The notes: generated by a model from the letters alone, not told the origin. Positions 26,531 through 36,188 are shown, numbered from the stretch's first letter. The stretch is 64,000 bases of DNA from Mycobacteriales bacterium (GCA_035550055.1 DASZRO010000080.1:8937-72936); one strand, 5' to 3'. Numbers and translations: made by a program.

Positions 26531-28164
26531 CGACGGTCCACGACGAGCCGGTCCGCCGCCCGCGCAGCGAGCGCCATGATCGTCAGCGCCGGGTTGGCTG
26601 ACCCCTGCGTCGGGAGGACGCTGCCGTCCACGACGTAGAGGTTCGGAATGGACCACGTGCGCAGATCGGCGTCGACCACACCGTCCTCCGGCCGGGCGCT
26701 CATCCGCGCCCCACCGACCAGATGCGCGTTGCGGTCGATGGTGATGACCTCCGTCGCGCCGGCCGCCTCGAGGATGCGCACCTGCGCGGCCCTCGCGGCG
26801 TCGAGCAGCATCCGGTCGTTCTCGCCGAGGCTGTAGCTGAACCTCGCGACCGGCAGTCCGTAACGGTCCTTCTCCTCGTCGAGGGTCACCCGGTTCTGCG
26901 GTCGTGGCAGGTACTCGCACAACGCGCCCAGGGTCGCCCAATGGACGTAGTCACGCATGTACTCGCGTAGCGGTTCCCCCCAGTGGCCCTGGGCGGCGAC
27001 GTGCTCCGCCCAGGTGATCGGCAGCGGTGAGACGTTCTGGATGCTGAAGCCGCGCTGGTAGGGATTCGTCGGGTCCGTCTCGTAGAACTGCTCCGACGTC
27101 ACCTCGGGAGGCGGCGCCTTGTGCATCCGGATCTCTTCGTCGAACCGGCCGGCCGCCTGCGGTGCCCCTTGCACCATCACGTAGCGCCCGACCTGGTCGT
27201 GGTCGTTGGCGAGGCCGTCGGGCCAGCGCTTGGTGGCCGAGTTGAGCAGCAACCGAGGCGTCTCGATCGCGTAGCCGCAGACCGCGACCACCCGCGCCCG
27301 CTGTCTGCGCTCGACGCCGTCCCTGAAGTAGCGCACCCCGGTCGCCCGACCGCTTGCGTCGTCGACCTCGACCGCACACACCATGCTGTCGGCACGCACC
27401 TCAGCGCCATGAGCGAGCGCGTCAGGCACGTGCGTGATCAGCGGCGACGCCTTCGCGTTGACCTTGCACCCCTGCAGGCAGAAGCCCCGATAGATGCAGT
27501 GCGGGCGGTTGCCGAACCGTCCGTTCGCGATGGCGACCGGGCCGACCCGGGTCTCGATGCCGAGCGCGAGCGCCCCGCGCTGGAAGATCATGCCGTTGCC
27601 GCTGACCGGGTGCGGCGAGTGCGGGTAACGGTGCGGGTCACCCCACGGCCACTCCTGCCCCGCTACCGGCAGCTCCTCCTCGATCGCCCGGTAGTAGGGC
27701 GCCAGCTGCTGGTAGTTGATCGGCCAGTCGGCGCCGACGCCGTCACGGGAGTACGTCTCGAAGTCCGACGGGTGGAACCGCGGCACGTAGCCGGCGAAGT
27801 GGACCATCGAGCCGCCAACGCCCCGGCCGGAGTTGTTCGACCCGAGCGCGACCGGGTTGTCGCCGTCGATCACCCGCGGTTCGGTCCAGTACAGGTGGTG
27901 CGAGCCGGCCTCGTCGCTGACCCAGTCACGGTCCGGATCCCAGAACGGACCGGCGTCGAACCCGACCACCCGCCATCCGGCGCGCGCCAGCCGCTGCATC
28001 AGCACCGAGCCGCCGGCCCCCAGGCCGACGATCGCGATGTCGACCTCTTCCTCGTCGTCGAACCGGCGCATGTCGCGGCGCAGCCGGTGGTCGGTACGCG
28101 TGCCGTCGTTCGGGAGCAGCCACGCCGACGCGTTGCGCTGCTTGACGCGGGACAGGCTGGTCAT
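26527..28164 (-). CDS. GMC-family FAD oxidoreductase (gluconate 2-dehydrogenase flavoprotein-like)
   Basis: ATG overlaps the upstream stop (ATGA). FAD motif DIAIVGLGAGGS..GFDAG and a C-terminal GMC signature ..VVDGSVLPT. Confidence 0.85.
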   Translation of the reverse strand: MTSLSRVKQRNASAWLLPNDGTRTDHRLRRDMRRFDDEEEVDIAIVGLGAGGSVLMQRLARAGWRVVGFDAGPFWDPDRDWVSDEAGSHHLYWTEPRVIDGDNPVALGSNNSGRGVGGSMVHFAGYVPRFHPSDFETYSRDGVGADWPINYQQLAPYYRAIEEELPVAGQEWPWGDPHRYPHSPHPVSGNGMIFQRGALALGIETRVGPVAIANGRFGNRPHCIYRGFCLQGCKVNAKASPLITHVPDALAHGAEVRADSMVCAVEVDDASGRATGVRYFRDGVERRQRARVVAVCGYAIETPRLLLNSATKRWPDGLANDHDQVGRYVMVQGAPQAAGRFDEEIRMHKAPPPEVTSEQFYETDPTNPYQRGFSIQNVSPLPITWAEHVAAQGHWGEPLREYMRDYVHWATLGALCEYLPRPQNRVTLDEEKDRYGLPVARFSYSLGENDRMLLDAARAAQVRILEAAGATEVITIDRNAHLVGGARMSARPEDGVVDADLRTWSIPNLYVVDGSVLPTQGSANPALTIMALAARAADRLVVDRR

Positions 28165-28772
28165 TCGCCGGGGCTGACCGGGTCGAGATCGACGGTGTCC
28201 GCTACCTCCCACGGCTCACGCGCGTCGATGCCGATGTTCTTGTACCCGCGCGGGTAGGCGGGCCCACCGAAGCCGATCTCGTTCCATACCAGCGGGTGGC
28301 TGTAGAACGCGGTGCAGGCATAGCGGGTCCACAGGCTCCACACCCGGTCGGCGCTCAGCCCGTGCCACATGCCCTGGCCCAGCTGTTGGACCGCGCGGAT
28401 CAGGTCGGCCTGGATCGGCCGCTCGAGCTCGGCGAACGGTGCGCCGAACTTGGCGTTGGCGTCCTCGTCGAGCGCGGCGAACGAGGCCCGGAACGCGTCG
28501 CCGTCCTCGGGCATGTCGTGGTAGTGCCAGCCGTCGGTCTCGCCTTCGCACAGCCTGGCGTCGACCATCTCCAGTATCGGGACCACCCGCTCGTCGCACT
28601 GGCCGAGCAGCTGGTCGAACAACGCCCTCCCGACGGCTTCCTCGGCCGGTGTGAAGAAGTGCAGCGCCGCGGCCGGGCCGAGCCGCGCCAAGACCACCCC
28701 GGCCGTCGTGTCGTCCCAGTGCCGGACCTCGCCGAGAACGTCGAAACCCGGGAACCGCGCAGGCGCGCTCAT
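28161..28772 (-). CDS. gluconate 2-dehydrogenase subunit 3-like protein
   Basis: ATG overlaps the upstream stop (ATGA). 203 aa, with a conserved-looking ..FYSHPLVWNEIGFGGPAYPRGY.. C-terminal region. No twin-arginine signal is visible. Confidence 0.65.
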   Translation of the reverse strand: MSAPARFPGFDVLGEVRHWDDTTAGVVLARLGPAAALHFFTPAEEAVGRALFDQLLGQCDERVVPILEMVDARLCEGETDGWHYHDMPEDGDAFRASFAALDEDANAKFGAPFAELERPIQADLIRAVQQLGQGMWHGLSADRVWSLWTRYACTAFYSHPLVWNEIGFGGPAYPRGYKNIGIDAREPWEVADTVDLDPVSPGE

Positions 28773-29221
28773 TCGCCTTCGCGGCGCAGGATCGCGGCCA
28801 GCACGCCCATCCCACCCACCATCGTCATGAGCATCGGGGCGAGCAGCGGCGGCCCCATCTCGATGTTGTAGCGGCCGAGAGACCAGCCACCCGGTCGTTG
28901 CGCCACGCCGCGGGCGTGCAGGTACGTCCCCTGCACGCCGTTGGCGATCATCAGCGTCGAGACGAGCGGGAGCACCGTCTTCGCCGCCCGCTTGCTGAAA
29001 ACGCCGGCGACACCGGCGGCGAGCCCGACCGGCCCGAGCGCGACGGGCAGCCACATCATGCGGTTGCCGAAGCTCGCCCGGTCGTGTTCGAAATAGATCT
29101 CGGCGGCGGTGATCACCGACCCGACTGCGGCAAGACCGGACAAGGAACGCTCGAAATGCCCGGTCTCGATGTTGCGCACCAGCACGTCGATGCCGTGCAC
29201 GGCTTCCGCGGCAGCGGCCAT
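28769..29221 (-). CDS. hypothetical 4-TM membrane protein
   Basis: 150 aa with four hydrophobic segments. It starts 1 nt after the PoxB-like stop. Confidence 0.6.
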   Translation of the reverse strand: MAAAAEAVHGIDVLVRNIETGHFERSLSGLAAVGSVITAAEIYFEHDRASFGNRMMWLPVALGPVGLAAGVAGVFSKRAAKTVLPLVSTLMIANGVQGTYLHARGVAQRPGGWSLGRYNIEMGPPLLAPMLMTMVGGMGVLAAILRREGE

Positions 29222-29222
29222 C

Positions 29223-31010
29223 TCAGCCCTTGCCGCCGGGAAGGAACTCCTGCGCCTTCAGCTTGACGCCTTCCTTGATGACGTCCCAGCGGTCGGAGTC
29301 GCCGCGGACGACCGCCGAGATCATGTTCTCGATCTGGTCGAGGGTGGCGTGGGGCGGGATGGGCGGGACCGCAGGATCCGTCACGAACTCCAGGACGCAC
29401 GGCCGGTCCGCGCCGAGCGCACTGCGCCATGCCGGCGCGATGTCGCCGGGCTGGTCGATCCGCAGACCCTGCAGGCCGATGCTGCGCGCGTACTCGGCGT
29501 ACGGGAACGGTGGCAGCTGCTGGGAGGGCAGGAACTGCGGCGCCCCTTCCATGGCGCGCATCTCCCAGGTGACCTGGTTGAGGTCCTGGTTGTGCAGCAC
29601 CGCGATGATCAGCCGCGGGTCACTCCACTCCTGCCAGTACTTGGAGATGGTGATGAGCTCGTTGATGCCGTTCATCTGCATCGCCCCGTCGCCGACGAAC
29701 GCGATCGCCGGCCGGTCCGGATGCCCGAACTTCGCGCCCACCATGTAGGGGACGCCGTTGCCCATGGTCGCCAAGGTGCCCGACAGCGAGCCCCGCATCC
29801 CCGGACGCAGCTTGATGTTGCGCGCGTACCAGTTCGCCGACGAGCCGGAGTCGGCCGACACGATGACGTTGGCCGGCAGCACCTCCGAGGCCTCCGCAAA
29901 CACCCGCTGCGGGTTCAGCGGGTCGGCGCCCACCTGCGCCGAGCGGTCCATCACGTCCCACCACCGGGCGACATGCTTCTCGATGCTCTCGCGCCAGGAG
30001 CGGTCGTTCTTGCGCTCGATCATCGGAAGCAGCTGCTTCAACGTCGCGCCGGCGCTGCCGACGAGGTTGAGCTCGTACGGATAACGCATCCCGATGAACC
30101 GGGGGTCGATGTCGATCTGGATCGCCCGCGCCTGTCCGAACTCGGGCAGGAACTGGGTGTACGGGAAGTTCGACCCGATCGTGACGAGGGTGTCGCAGCC
30201 GGTCATCAGCTCATACGACGGGCGGGTCCCCAGCAGACCGATCGACCCGGTGACGAAGGGCAGCTCGTCGGAGAGCACGTCCTTGCCGAGCAGCGCCTTG
30301 GCCACCCCGGCTCCGGTGAGCTCCGCCAGCTCCACGACCTGGTCCGCCGCCTCACGGGCGCCTTGCCCGATCAGGATCGCGACCTTCTTGCCCGAGTTGA
30401 TGATTTCCGCCGCGTGGGCGAGCTCACGCTCCGGCGGCAGCAGCTGAGGCTCCACGATGCCGAGGCTGGACGGCACCATCTTGAACTCGTGCGTCGGTGC
30501 GGCGTACTCCAGCTCCTGGACATCCGACGGAATGATGATCGCCGCAACACACCGCTGGGTCATCGCCGTGCGCATCGCCCGGTCGATCACGTTCGGCAGC
30601 TGCTCGGGGACCGTCACCATCTGGCAGTACTCGTTGGCGACGTCCTTGAACAGGCTCAGCAGGTCGACCTCCTGCTGGTAGGACCCGCCCATCGCGCTGC
30701 GGTTGGTCTGACCGACGATCGCGACGACCGGTACGTGGTCGAGCTTCGCGTCGTACAGACCATTGAGAAGGTGGATCGCGCCCGGTCCGGAAGTCGCGGC
30801 ACACACCGCCACTCGTCCGGTGAACTTCGAGTAGCCGACCGCGGCGAACGCCGCCATCTCCTCGTGGCGCACCTGCACGAACTTCGGGTCGTTGTCCGCC
30901 CGGCCCCACGCAGCGAGCAAGCCGTTGATCCCGTCCCCGGCATAGCCGAAGACGCACTCGACTCCCCACTCCTTGAGTCGTGCCAACACCTGGTCGCCAA
31001 CAGTGGCCAC
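29223..31010 (-). CDS. poxB: thiamine-diphosphate/FAD enzyme, pyruvate dehydrogenase (quinone)/pyruvate oxidase-like
   Basis: GTG start, 595 aa. N-terminus VFGYAGDGINGL..VRHEEMAAFAA..SGPGAIHLLNGLYDA and TPP motif GDGAMQMNGINE. Confidence 0.8.
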   Translation of the reverse strand: MATVGDQVLARLKEWGVECVFGYAGDGINGLLAAWGRADNDPKFVQVRHEEMAAFAAVGYSKFTGRVAVCAATSGPGAIHLLNGLYDAKLDHVPVVAIVGQTNRSAMGGSYQQEVDLLSLFKDVANEYCQMVTVPEQLPNVIDRAMRTAMTQRCVAAIIIPSDVQELEYAAPTHEFKMVPSSLGIVEPQLLPPERELAHAAEIINSGKKVAILIGQGAREAADQVVELAELTGAGVAKALLGKDVLSDELPFVTGSIGLLGTRPSYELMTGCDTLVTIGSNFPYTQFLPEFGQARAIQIDIDPRFIGMRYPYELNLVGSAGATLKQLLPMIERKNDRSWRESIEKHVARWWDVMDRSAQVGADPLNPQRVFAEASEVLPANVIVSADSGSSANWYARNIKLRPGMRGSLSGTLATMGNGVPYMVGAKFGHPDRPAIAFVGDGAMQMNGINELITISKYWQEWSDPRLIIAVLHNQDLNQVTWEMRAMEGAPQFLPSQQLPPFPYAEYARSIGLQGLRIDQPGDIAPAWRSALGADRPCVLEFVTDPAVPPIPPHATLDQIENMISAVVRGDSDRWDVIKEGVKLKAQEFLPGGKG

Positions 31011-31117
31011 GTCGAGTCCTTTCAGCTCTCCCCGAAGACGTTCGTGATCTACCCCCGCAGAACGCCGAGCATGCGAGGCGCCGGTGCAGCGCGGGCAGAT
31101 CCGGGTAGACCCATGCC

Positions 31118-31645
31118 GTGAACAGCGCAGAGCTCCTCGCCGAAGCCTTCAACCGCGTCCAGCAGGGCGTGCACTCGACGCTGGACGGACTCGGCCCCCG
31201 CGAGCTGGCGGCCCGCGTCGACGCCGATCGCGAGCACCCGGAGGCCAACACGATCGCCTGGCTGATCTGGCATCTCACCCGCGTGCAGGACGATCACGTC
31301 GCCGACGTGGCCGGCCGCAAGCAGGCGTGGCACGAAGGCGGCTGGCTGGAGAAGCTGGACCTGCCGTTCGACCAGGACGCGACGGGCTACGGCCAGAACC
31401 CCATGGACGTCGCGGCTGTACGGCCCCGCTCCGCGGACCTGCTCGTCGACTACTACGACGCGGTGCACGAGCGCACGTTGGACTACGTCGGGCAGCTCGG
31501 CGATCGCGACCTCGAGCGCGTCGTCGATGACTCCTTCGATCCCCCGGTCACCCTCGGCACCCGCCTCATGAGCGTCATCGTGGACGACCTCCAGCATCTC
31601 GGGCAGGCCGCGTACGTCCGCGGTCTCCTCACGCGGCAGCCGTGA
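31118..31645 (+). CDS. DinB/DUF664-family (mycothiol transferase-like) protein
   Basis: 175-aa four-helix-type sequence with IAWLIWHLTRVQDDH and DDLQHLGQA histidine motifs. Confidence 0.7.
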   Translation: MNSAELLAEAFNRVQQGVHSTLDGLGPRELAARVDADREHPEANTIAWLIWHLTRVQDDHVADVAGRKQAWHEGGWLEKLDLPFDQDATGYGQNPMDVAAVRPRSADLLVDYYDAVHERTLDYVGQLGDRDLERVVDDSFDPPVTLGTRLMSVIVDDLQHLGQAAYVRGLLTRQP

Positions 31646-31728
31646 GCCCGGCCGTTTAGTGCCACCTCGCTCGGGCAGCGTCGTGCGGTAGGCGCCTGTG
31701 CGCGCGTCGATCCGAGGAGGGCTCTCCT

Positions 31729-32271
31729 ATGACTGAGCCGATGAATGCCATCGAGTTGCTCGAGGACCAGCACCAGCACATCCGCTCGTTGATGAGCCTG
31801 GTCGGCGAGGCAGAGACCGAGCAGGTCCGCAAGCGGGCGTTCGACCAGCTGCGCGAGCTGATCGCGGTGCACGAGACGGCAGAGGAGATCGTCATCCGCC
31901 CGGTGACCCGCCGCGCGTTCCCCGGCGGCGAGCAAGTCGCCGACGCCCGGATGGCGGAGGAGAACGAGGGCAAGTCGGTGCTCGCCGAGCTCGAGAAGCT
32001 CGACGTCACGGATCCGGCCTTCGCCAAGACCTTCGCTGAGTTCCGGGCTGCGGTCGAGGAGCACGCGCAGCACGAGGAGCAGCTCGAGTTCCGCGCCCTT
32101 CGCGACCACGTGGACGGGGAGAGCCTCGACAAGATGGGGCAGCGTATCCAGCAGGCCGAGGCCGCCGCCCCGACCCACCCTCATCCCGCCGCGAAGACGA
32201 CGGCGACCAACGCGCTGCTCGGCCCGTTCGCCTCCATCGCCGACCGAATCCGCGACGCACTGGCGTCGTAG
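31729..32271 (+). CDS. hemerythrin HHE domain protein
   Basis: ATG follows GAGGAGG. Motifs LLEDQHQHI, AVHETAEE and EEHAQHEEQ. The tail carries APTHPHP. Confidence 0.75.
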   Translation: MTEPMNAIELLEDQHQHIRSLMSLVGEAETEQVRKRAFDQLRELIAVHETAEEIVIRPVTRRAFPGGEQVADARMAEENEGKSVLAELEKLDVTDPAFAKTFAEFRAAVEEHAQHEEQLEFRALRDHVDGESLDKMGQRIQQAEAAAPTHPHPAAKTTATNALLGPFASIADRIRDALAS

Positions 32272-32287
32272 CTGAAGCCGTCGTCGC

Positions 32288-32779
32288 ATGACGACGCTCG
32301 CGGCCGCTGCGGTCGCCCGATCCGGTCAAGGCTGGAAGCAGGTCGGGGAGCTCGGCCTCGCCTTCCTGCTGGCCAGCCTGATCGGGCTCGAGCGGGAGCT
32401 GAAACGCAAACCGGCCGGCCTGCGTACCCACACCATCGTCGGCGTCGGAGCGGCGCTGTTCACCCTCGTGTCGAAGTACGGCTTCGCCGATGTCCTGGTC
32501 CCCAACCAGGTCGTGGTCGACCCTTCGCGGGTCGCCGCCCAGATCGTCAGCGGCATCGGTTTCATCGGCGCCGGGCTGATCTTCGTCCAGCGTGACTCGG
32601 TACGCGGGCTGACCACGGCCGCTGCGATCTGGCTGACCGCTGCCGTCGGCGCAGCCGCCGGCGCCGGCCTGTGGCTGCTGGCGGTGCTCGGCACTGCCAC
32701 TCACTTCGTGATCGTGTACGGCTACACGCCGTTGATCCACCGGCTCAGCCGGGAACGCGGTCCCGACGACGAGGAGTGA
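32288..32779 (+). CDS. MgtC/SapB family membrane protein
   Basis: Motifs GLERELKRKPAGLRTH, GIGFIGAGLIF and GLTTAAAIW. Confidence 0.8.
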   Translation: MTTLAAAAVARSGQGWKQVGELGLAFLLASLIGLERELKRKPAGLRTHTIVGVGAALFTLVSKYGFADVLVPNQVVVDPSRVAAQIVSGIGFIGAGLIFVQRDSVRGLTTAAAIWLTAAVGAAAGAGLWLLAVLGTATHFVIVYGYTPLIHRLSRERGPDDEE

Positions 32780-32787
32780 GCCGCGGT

Positions 32788-33066
32788 TCAGTCGCGGTGC
32801 CGACGCGGGCTGGCGTGGCACTCGGGATCGAGCCGGTCGCTCGGAGTGATGCGGCCGGCGCGGACCAGCAGGCCGTAGCGGGCCATGAACTCGACGAGCT
32901 CGTACTGGTCCTCGTCGGGCGTGCCGACGTACTCGACCGCATCATGGGCATGGACGATCTCGGTCAGCACGTCCTCGGCGCTGAACTCCGGAAAGGCCTT
33001 CGAAAGCTTGTTCCGCAACGTTTCCCAGTTCGCCGACGCGCTTCGAGGCATCGTGGTACCTGGCAT
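32788..33066 (-). CDS. hypothetical small protein
   Basis: 92-aa ORF with an alternative ATG at 33051. No RBS and no family recognised. Confidence 0.4.
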   Translation of the reverse strand: MPGTTMPRSASANWETLRNKLSKAFPEFSAEDVLTEIVHAHDAVEYVGTPDEDQYELVEFMARYGLLVRAGRITPSDRLDPECHASPRRHRD

Positions 33067-33112
33067 AAGTGATCAATGCCCGGCCCCACGCCCCGAAAAC
33101 GTCTAGGGTCCC

Positions 33113-34108
33113 GTGATGGCCGCCGCGCGCGCAACGAAGGCCGGGATGCCCCCGGTGGTGGCGCCGATGCTTGCCTCTCCCGGCGAGCTCCCGGCCACCG
33201 ACTCGGCGTGGGCGTTCGAACCGAAGTGGGACGGCATCCGAGCGGTCACCCGGCTGGACGGAGCGGGTGCGCTCGCGGCCAGCAGTCGCAACAGCCAGGA
33301 CCTGTCCCGGATGTTTCCCGAGCTCGAGGTGCTCACCACTGTGTTGCGCAAGCGGCCGGCAGCCCTCGACGGCGAGCTCGTCGCGCTCGACGACGCCGGC
33401 GTCCCGCGCTTCGGTTTGTTGCAGGCGCGTCTCAACCTGACCAGCGCGTCGATGATCGCGCGGCGGGCGAACGAGGTGCCCGCCACCTACATCGTCTTCG
33501 ACGTGCTCCACCTGGACGGGTCGTCGCTGCTCGACCTGACCTACGACGAGCGGCGTTCGGCTCTCGAGTCTCTCGGCCTCGACGGGGACGGGGTGACGAC
33601 CGGCGCCTCCTACCGCGACGTCGCCGGCGCCGACGTGTTCGCCGCCGCCAGCAGCCGAGGCCTGGAAGGAGTCGTCGCGAAGCGGCGCGCCTCCCGCTAC
33701 CAGCCGGGCAGTCGCAGCACCGACTGGATCAAGGTCAAGGCGATGCGCGACCAGGAGGTCGTCGTCGGCGGCTGGCTGCCCGGGCAGGGCCACCTGCGCG
33801 GGACGTTCGGCGCGCTGCTGCTCGGCGTGCCGTCACCGGACGGGTTGGTCTACGTCGGCAAGGTCGGCACCGGGTTCAACGACCGAGCACGGGCAGCGCT
33901 GCTCACCAGACTGCAGGAGTTGCTCCGCGACGAGTCGCCCTTCACCGGACCGATCGACGCGAAGGACCGGGCGAACGCGCGGTGGGTGGCCCCGCAGATC
34001 GTCGGCGAGGTGCGCTTCGGAGAATGGACGCGAGAAGGTCGGCTGCGTCACCCCAGCTGGCGCGGGGTGCGCCCCGACAAGGATCCAGCCGATGTCCGCC
34101 GGGAGTAG
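33113..34108 (+). CDS. ligD: ATP-dependent DNA ligase (LigD ligase domain as a separate gene)
   Basis: Adenylation motif I EPKWDGIR, plus EGVVAKR and DWIKVK, and an OB-fold tail. 331 aa. Confidence 0.85.
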   Translation: MMAAARATKAGMPPVVAPMLASPGELPATDSAWAFEPKWDGIRAVTRLDGAGALAASSRNSQDLSRMFPELEVLTTVLRKRPAALDGELVALDDAGVPRFGLLQARLNLTSASMIARRANEVPATYIVFDVLHLDGSSLLDLTYDERRSALESLGLDGDGVTTGASYRDVAGADVFAAASSRGLEGVVAKRRASRYQPGSRSTDWIKVKAMRDQEVVVGGWLPGQGHLRGTFGALLLGVPSPDGLVYVGKVGTGFNDRARAALLTRLQELLRDESPFTGPIDAKDRANARWVAPQIVGEVRFGEWTREGRLRHPSWRGVRPDKDPADVRRE

Positions 34109-34110
34109 GC

Positions 34111-35037
34111 GTGGCGAGTAAGAAGACCGCGGTCCAGATCGACGACCGCGAGCTGATGCTGTCCAACCTCGACAAGGTGCTCTACCCCGAGGCGGACTTC
34201 ACGAAGGCCGCCGTGCTCGACTACTACGCGCGCATCGCCGAGGTGATGATCCCGCATCTGGCCGCGCGCCCGGTGACGCTGCGCCGCTACCCGGACGGCG
34301 TCAGCGGCGAGACGTTCTTCGAAAAGCAGCGGCCGTCGCACGCCCCGGACTGGGTGCGCTCGATGCGCGTTGCGTCGCGGTCGGGTCGCCAGGGCCGCGA
34401 CTTCATCGACTATCCGCTGCTCGGCGACCGTCCCAGCCTGGTGTGGGCGGCGAACCTCGCCGCGATCGAGCTGCACGTCCCGCTGTGGCACCGCGACGGT
34501 GACGCCGAGCCGCCGACACCGCCGGATCATCTGGTGTTCGACTTCGATCCTGGGCCCGGCACGAACATCGTCGAGTGCTGTCGCATCGCACTGCTCGTCC
34601 GCGACCGGCTGCGCAACAGCAAGTCGGCGGTCGCCAAGACCAGCGGCTCCAAGGGCCTGCAGGTCTACGCGCCACGCGCCGGCGCGTCCTGGGACGACAT
34701 CCGCGACGAGGTGCTGGGCATCGCCAAGGCGCTCGAACAAGACCATCCCGACCAGGTGGTCGTCTCCCAGGACAAGAAGCTTCGTGAGGGCCGGGTGCTC
34801 ATCGACTGGAGCCAGAACCATCCCGCCAAGACGACGGTTGCGGTGTACTCGCTGCGCGCCACGGCGTACCCGACGGCATCCACGCCCGTCACCTGGGACG
34901 AAGTGGAGCGGTGCGCCGCGAAGCGGGACGCGACGTTGCTGCGGTTCCTCGCACCCGACGTGCTCCGGCGCGTTGACGAGCACGGTGACCTGTTCGCGCC
35001 GCTGCTGCCGAAGCGGCCGCGCGCGAAGAAGCGCTAG
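34111..35037 (+). CDS. LigD polymerase/primase (AEP) domain protein as a separate gene
   Basis: GTG lies 2 nt after the ligase TAG. Motifs LSNLDKVLYP, LVFDFDP (DxD), TSGSKGLQVY and IDWSQN. Confidence 0.85.
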   Translation: MASKKTAVQIDDRELMLSNLDKVLYPEADFTKAAVLDYYARIAEVMIPHLAARPVTLRRYPDGVSGETFFEKQRPSHAPDWVRSMRVASRSGRQGRDFIDYPLLGDRPSLVWAANLAAIELHVPLWHRDGDAEPPTPPDHLVFDFDPGPGTNIVECCRIALLVRDRLRNSKSAVAKTSGSKGLQVYAPRAGASWDDIRDEVLGIAKALEQDHPDQVVVSQDKKLREGRVLIDWSQNHPAKTTVAVYSLRATAYPTASTPVTWDEVERCAAKRDATLLRFLAPDVLRRVDEHGDLFAPLLPKRPRAKKR

Positions 35038-36035
35038 GACGCCTTCGAGCGTCGCGGCTTGGGGGCTGCGGCAACGGCGGCGGCGAGCTCGTCCTTGGTC
35101 ATCGAGGAGCGGCCTTTGATGTCGAGCTTCGCGGCCTGCTTGAGCAGCTCGGCCTTCGACATCCCGTCGAGATCTGCCGAGCCGGCGGTCTGCGCCGGCG
35201 CTTCGACCTCGTCGGAGGACTCCGACTTCGACGCGGCGGCCTTCTTCCCGCCGCCGCGGCCGCCACGCTCGGCGATCGACTGCTCGAGAGCCGCCATCAG
35301 GTCGATGACGTTGGTCTTCGGCGCCTTCTTGGCCGTCACGATCTTGCGGCCTTCACGCTTGGACTCGATCAGTGACTGGACCCGCTCGCGGTAGGTGTCG
35401 TGATAGCGCTCCGGCTCCCAGTCGACGCTGAGCGACTCGATCAGCTGACGGGCGATCGTGAGCTCGCGCTCGGCGAAGGAGTCGTCATGCGGCAGCTCCC
35501 CGACAACCTCCTCCGGGTCGCGGATCTCGTCGGCGAAGTAGAGCGACTCCAGGACGAGCGCGTCACCGGACGGGCGGATCACGACGAGGTGCTCGCGGTC
35601 GCGCATCACCATCGTTGCGATCGCGGCCTGGCCGGTGTCCTGCATCGCCCGCCGCAGCAGTGCGTACGCCCGGTCGGCACCTTTGCCGCGCGGCGCGAGG
35701 TAGTAGGTCGACCGGTAGAACGTCGGGTCGATGTCGGCCAGGTCGACGAAGTCGCTGATCTCCATCAGCTCGGAGCGGCCCGGAGCGACCGAGGCGAGCT
35801 CGTCGCGCTCGACCACGACGTACTCGTCATCGCCGGTGTCGTAGCCGCTGACGATCTCCGAGGTGGGGACTTCCTCGCCGGTCGCCTCATCGACCTTGCG
35901 GTAGCGCACCCGGTTGCCGGTGGCCTTGTTCAGCTGATGGAAGCGGACGGCCTTCTCGCTGGTGGCGCTGAACAGCCCCACCGGCACGTTGACCAGCCCG
36001 AAGGCCAGCACTCCCGACCACAGTGCGCGTGGCAT
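35034..36035 (-). CDS. ku: Ku protein (NHEJ) with C-terminal HeH/Rho_N-like tail
   Basis: ATG at 36035 gives MPRALWSGVLAFGLVNVPV..., the canonical bacterial Ku N-terminus. The tail is ..MSKAELLKQAAKLDIKGRSSMTKDELAAAV.. Confidence 0.9.
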   Translation of the reverse strand: MPRALWSGVLAFGLVNVPVGLFSATSEKAVRFHQLNKATGNRVRYRKVDEATGEEVPTSEIVSGYDTGDDEYVVVERDELASVAPGRSELMEISDFVDLADIDPTFYRSTYYLAPRGKGADRAYALLRRAMQDTGQAAIATMVMRDREHLVVIRPSGDALVLESLYFADEIRDPEEVVGELPHDDSFAERELTIARQLIESLSVDWEPERYHDTYRERVQSLIESKREGRKIVTAKKAPKTNVIDLMAALEQSIAERGGRGGGKKAAASKSESSDEVEAPAQTAGSADLDGMSKAELLKQAAKLDIKGRSSMTKDELAAAVAAAPKPRRSKAS

Positions 36036-36188
36036 CTTCCACTCCCTGCTCAGCCGCCGCATCAGGTGGCGGGCGTCTCACTTCCTCATTCCCGTATCGG
36101 CGGGTTCGTACCGGAGGCTGAGCGCTGCGAATAGCCCGAAATCGGACGGGTAGGCCGGTTCCGACCAGCTTCGAGGAGGAGACCGGCC

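Noticed and set aside
36127-36139. 13-mer gcgaatagcccga shared with 51276-51288 as a possible common promoter or regulatory motif.
   Set aside because: A single shared 13-mer is expected by chance in a window this size when both strands are counted, and there is no flanking similarity.
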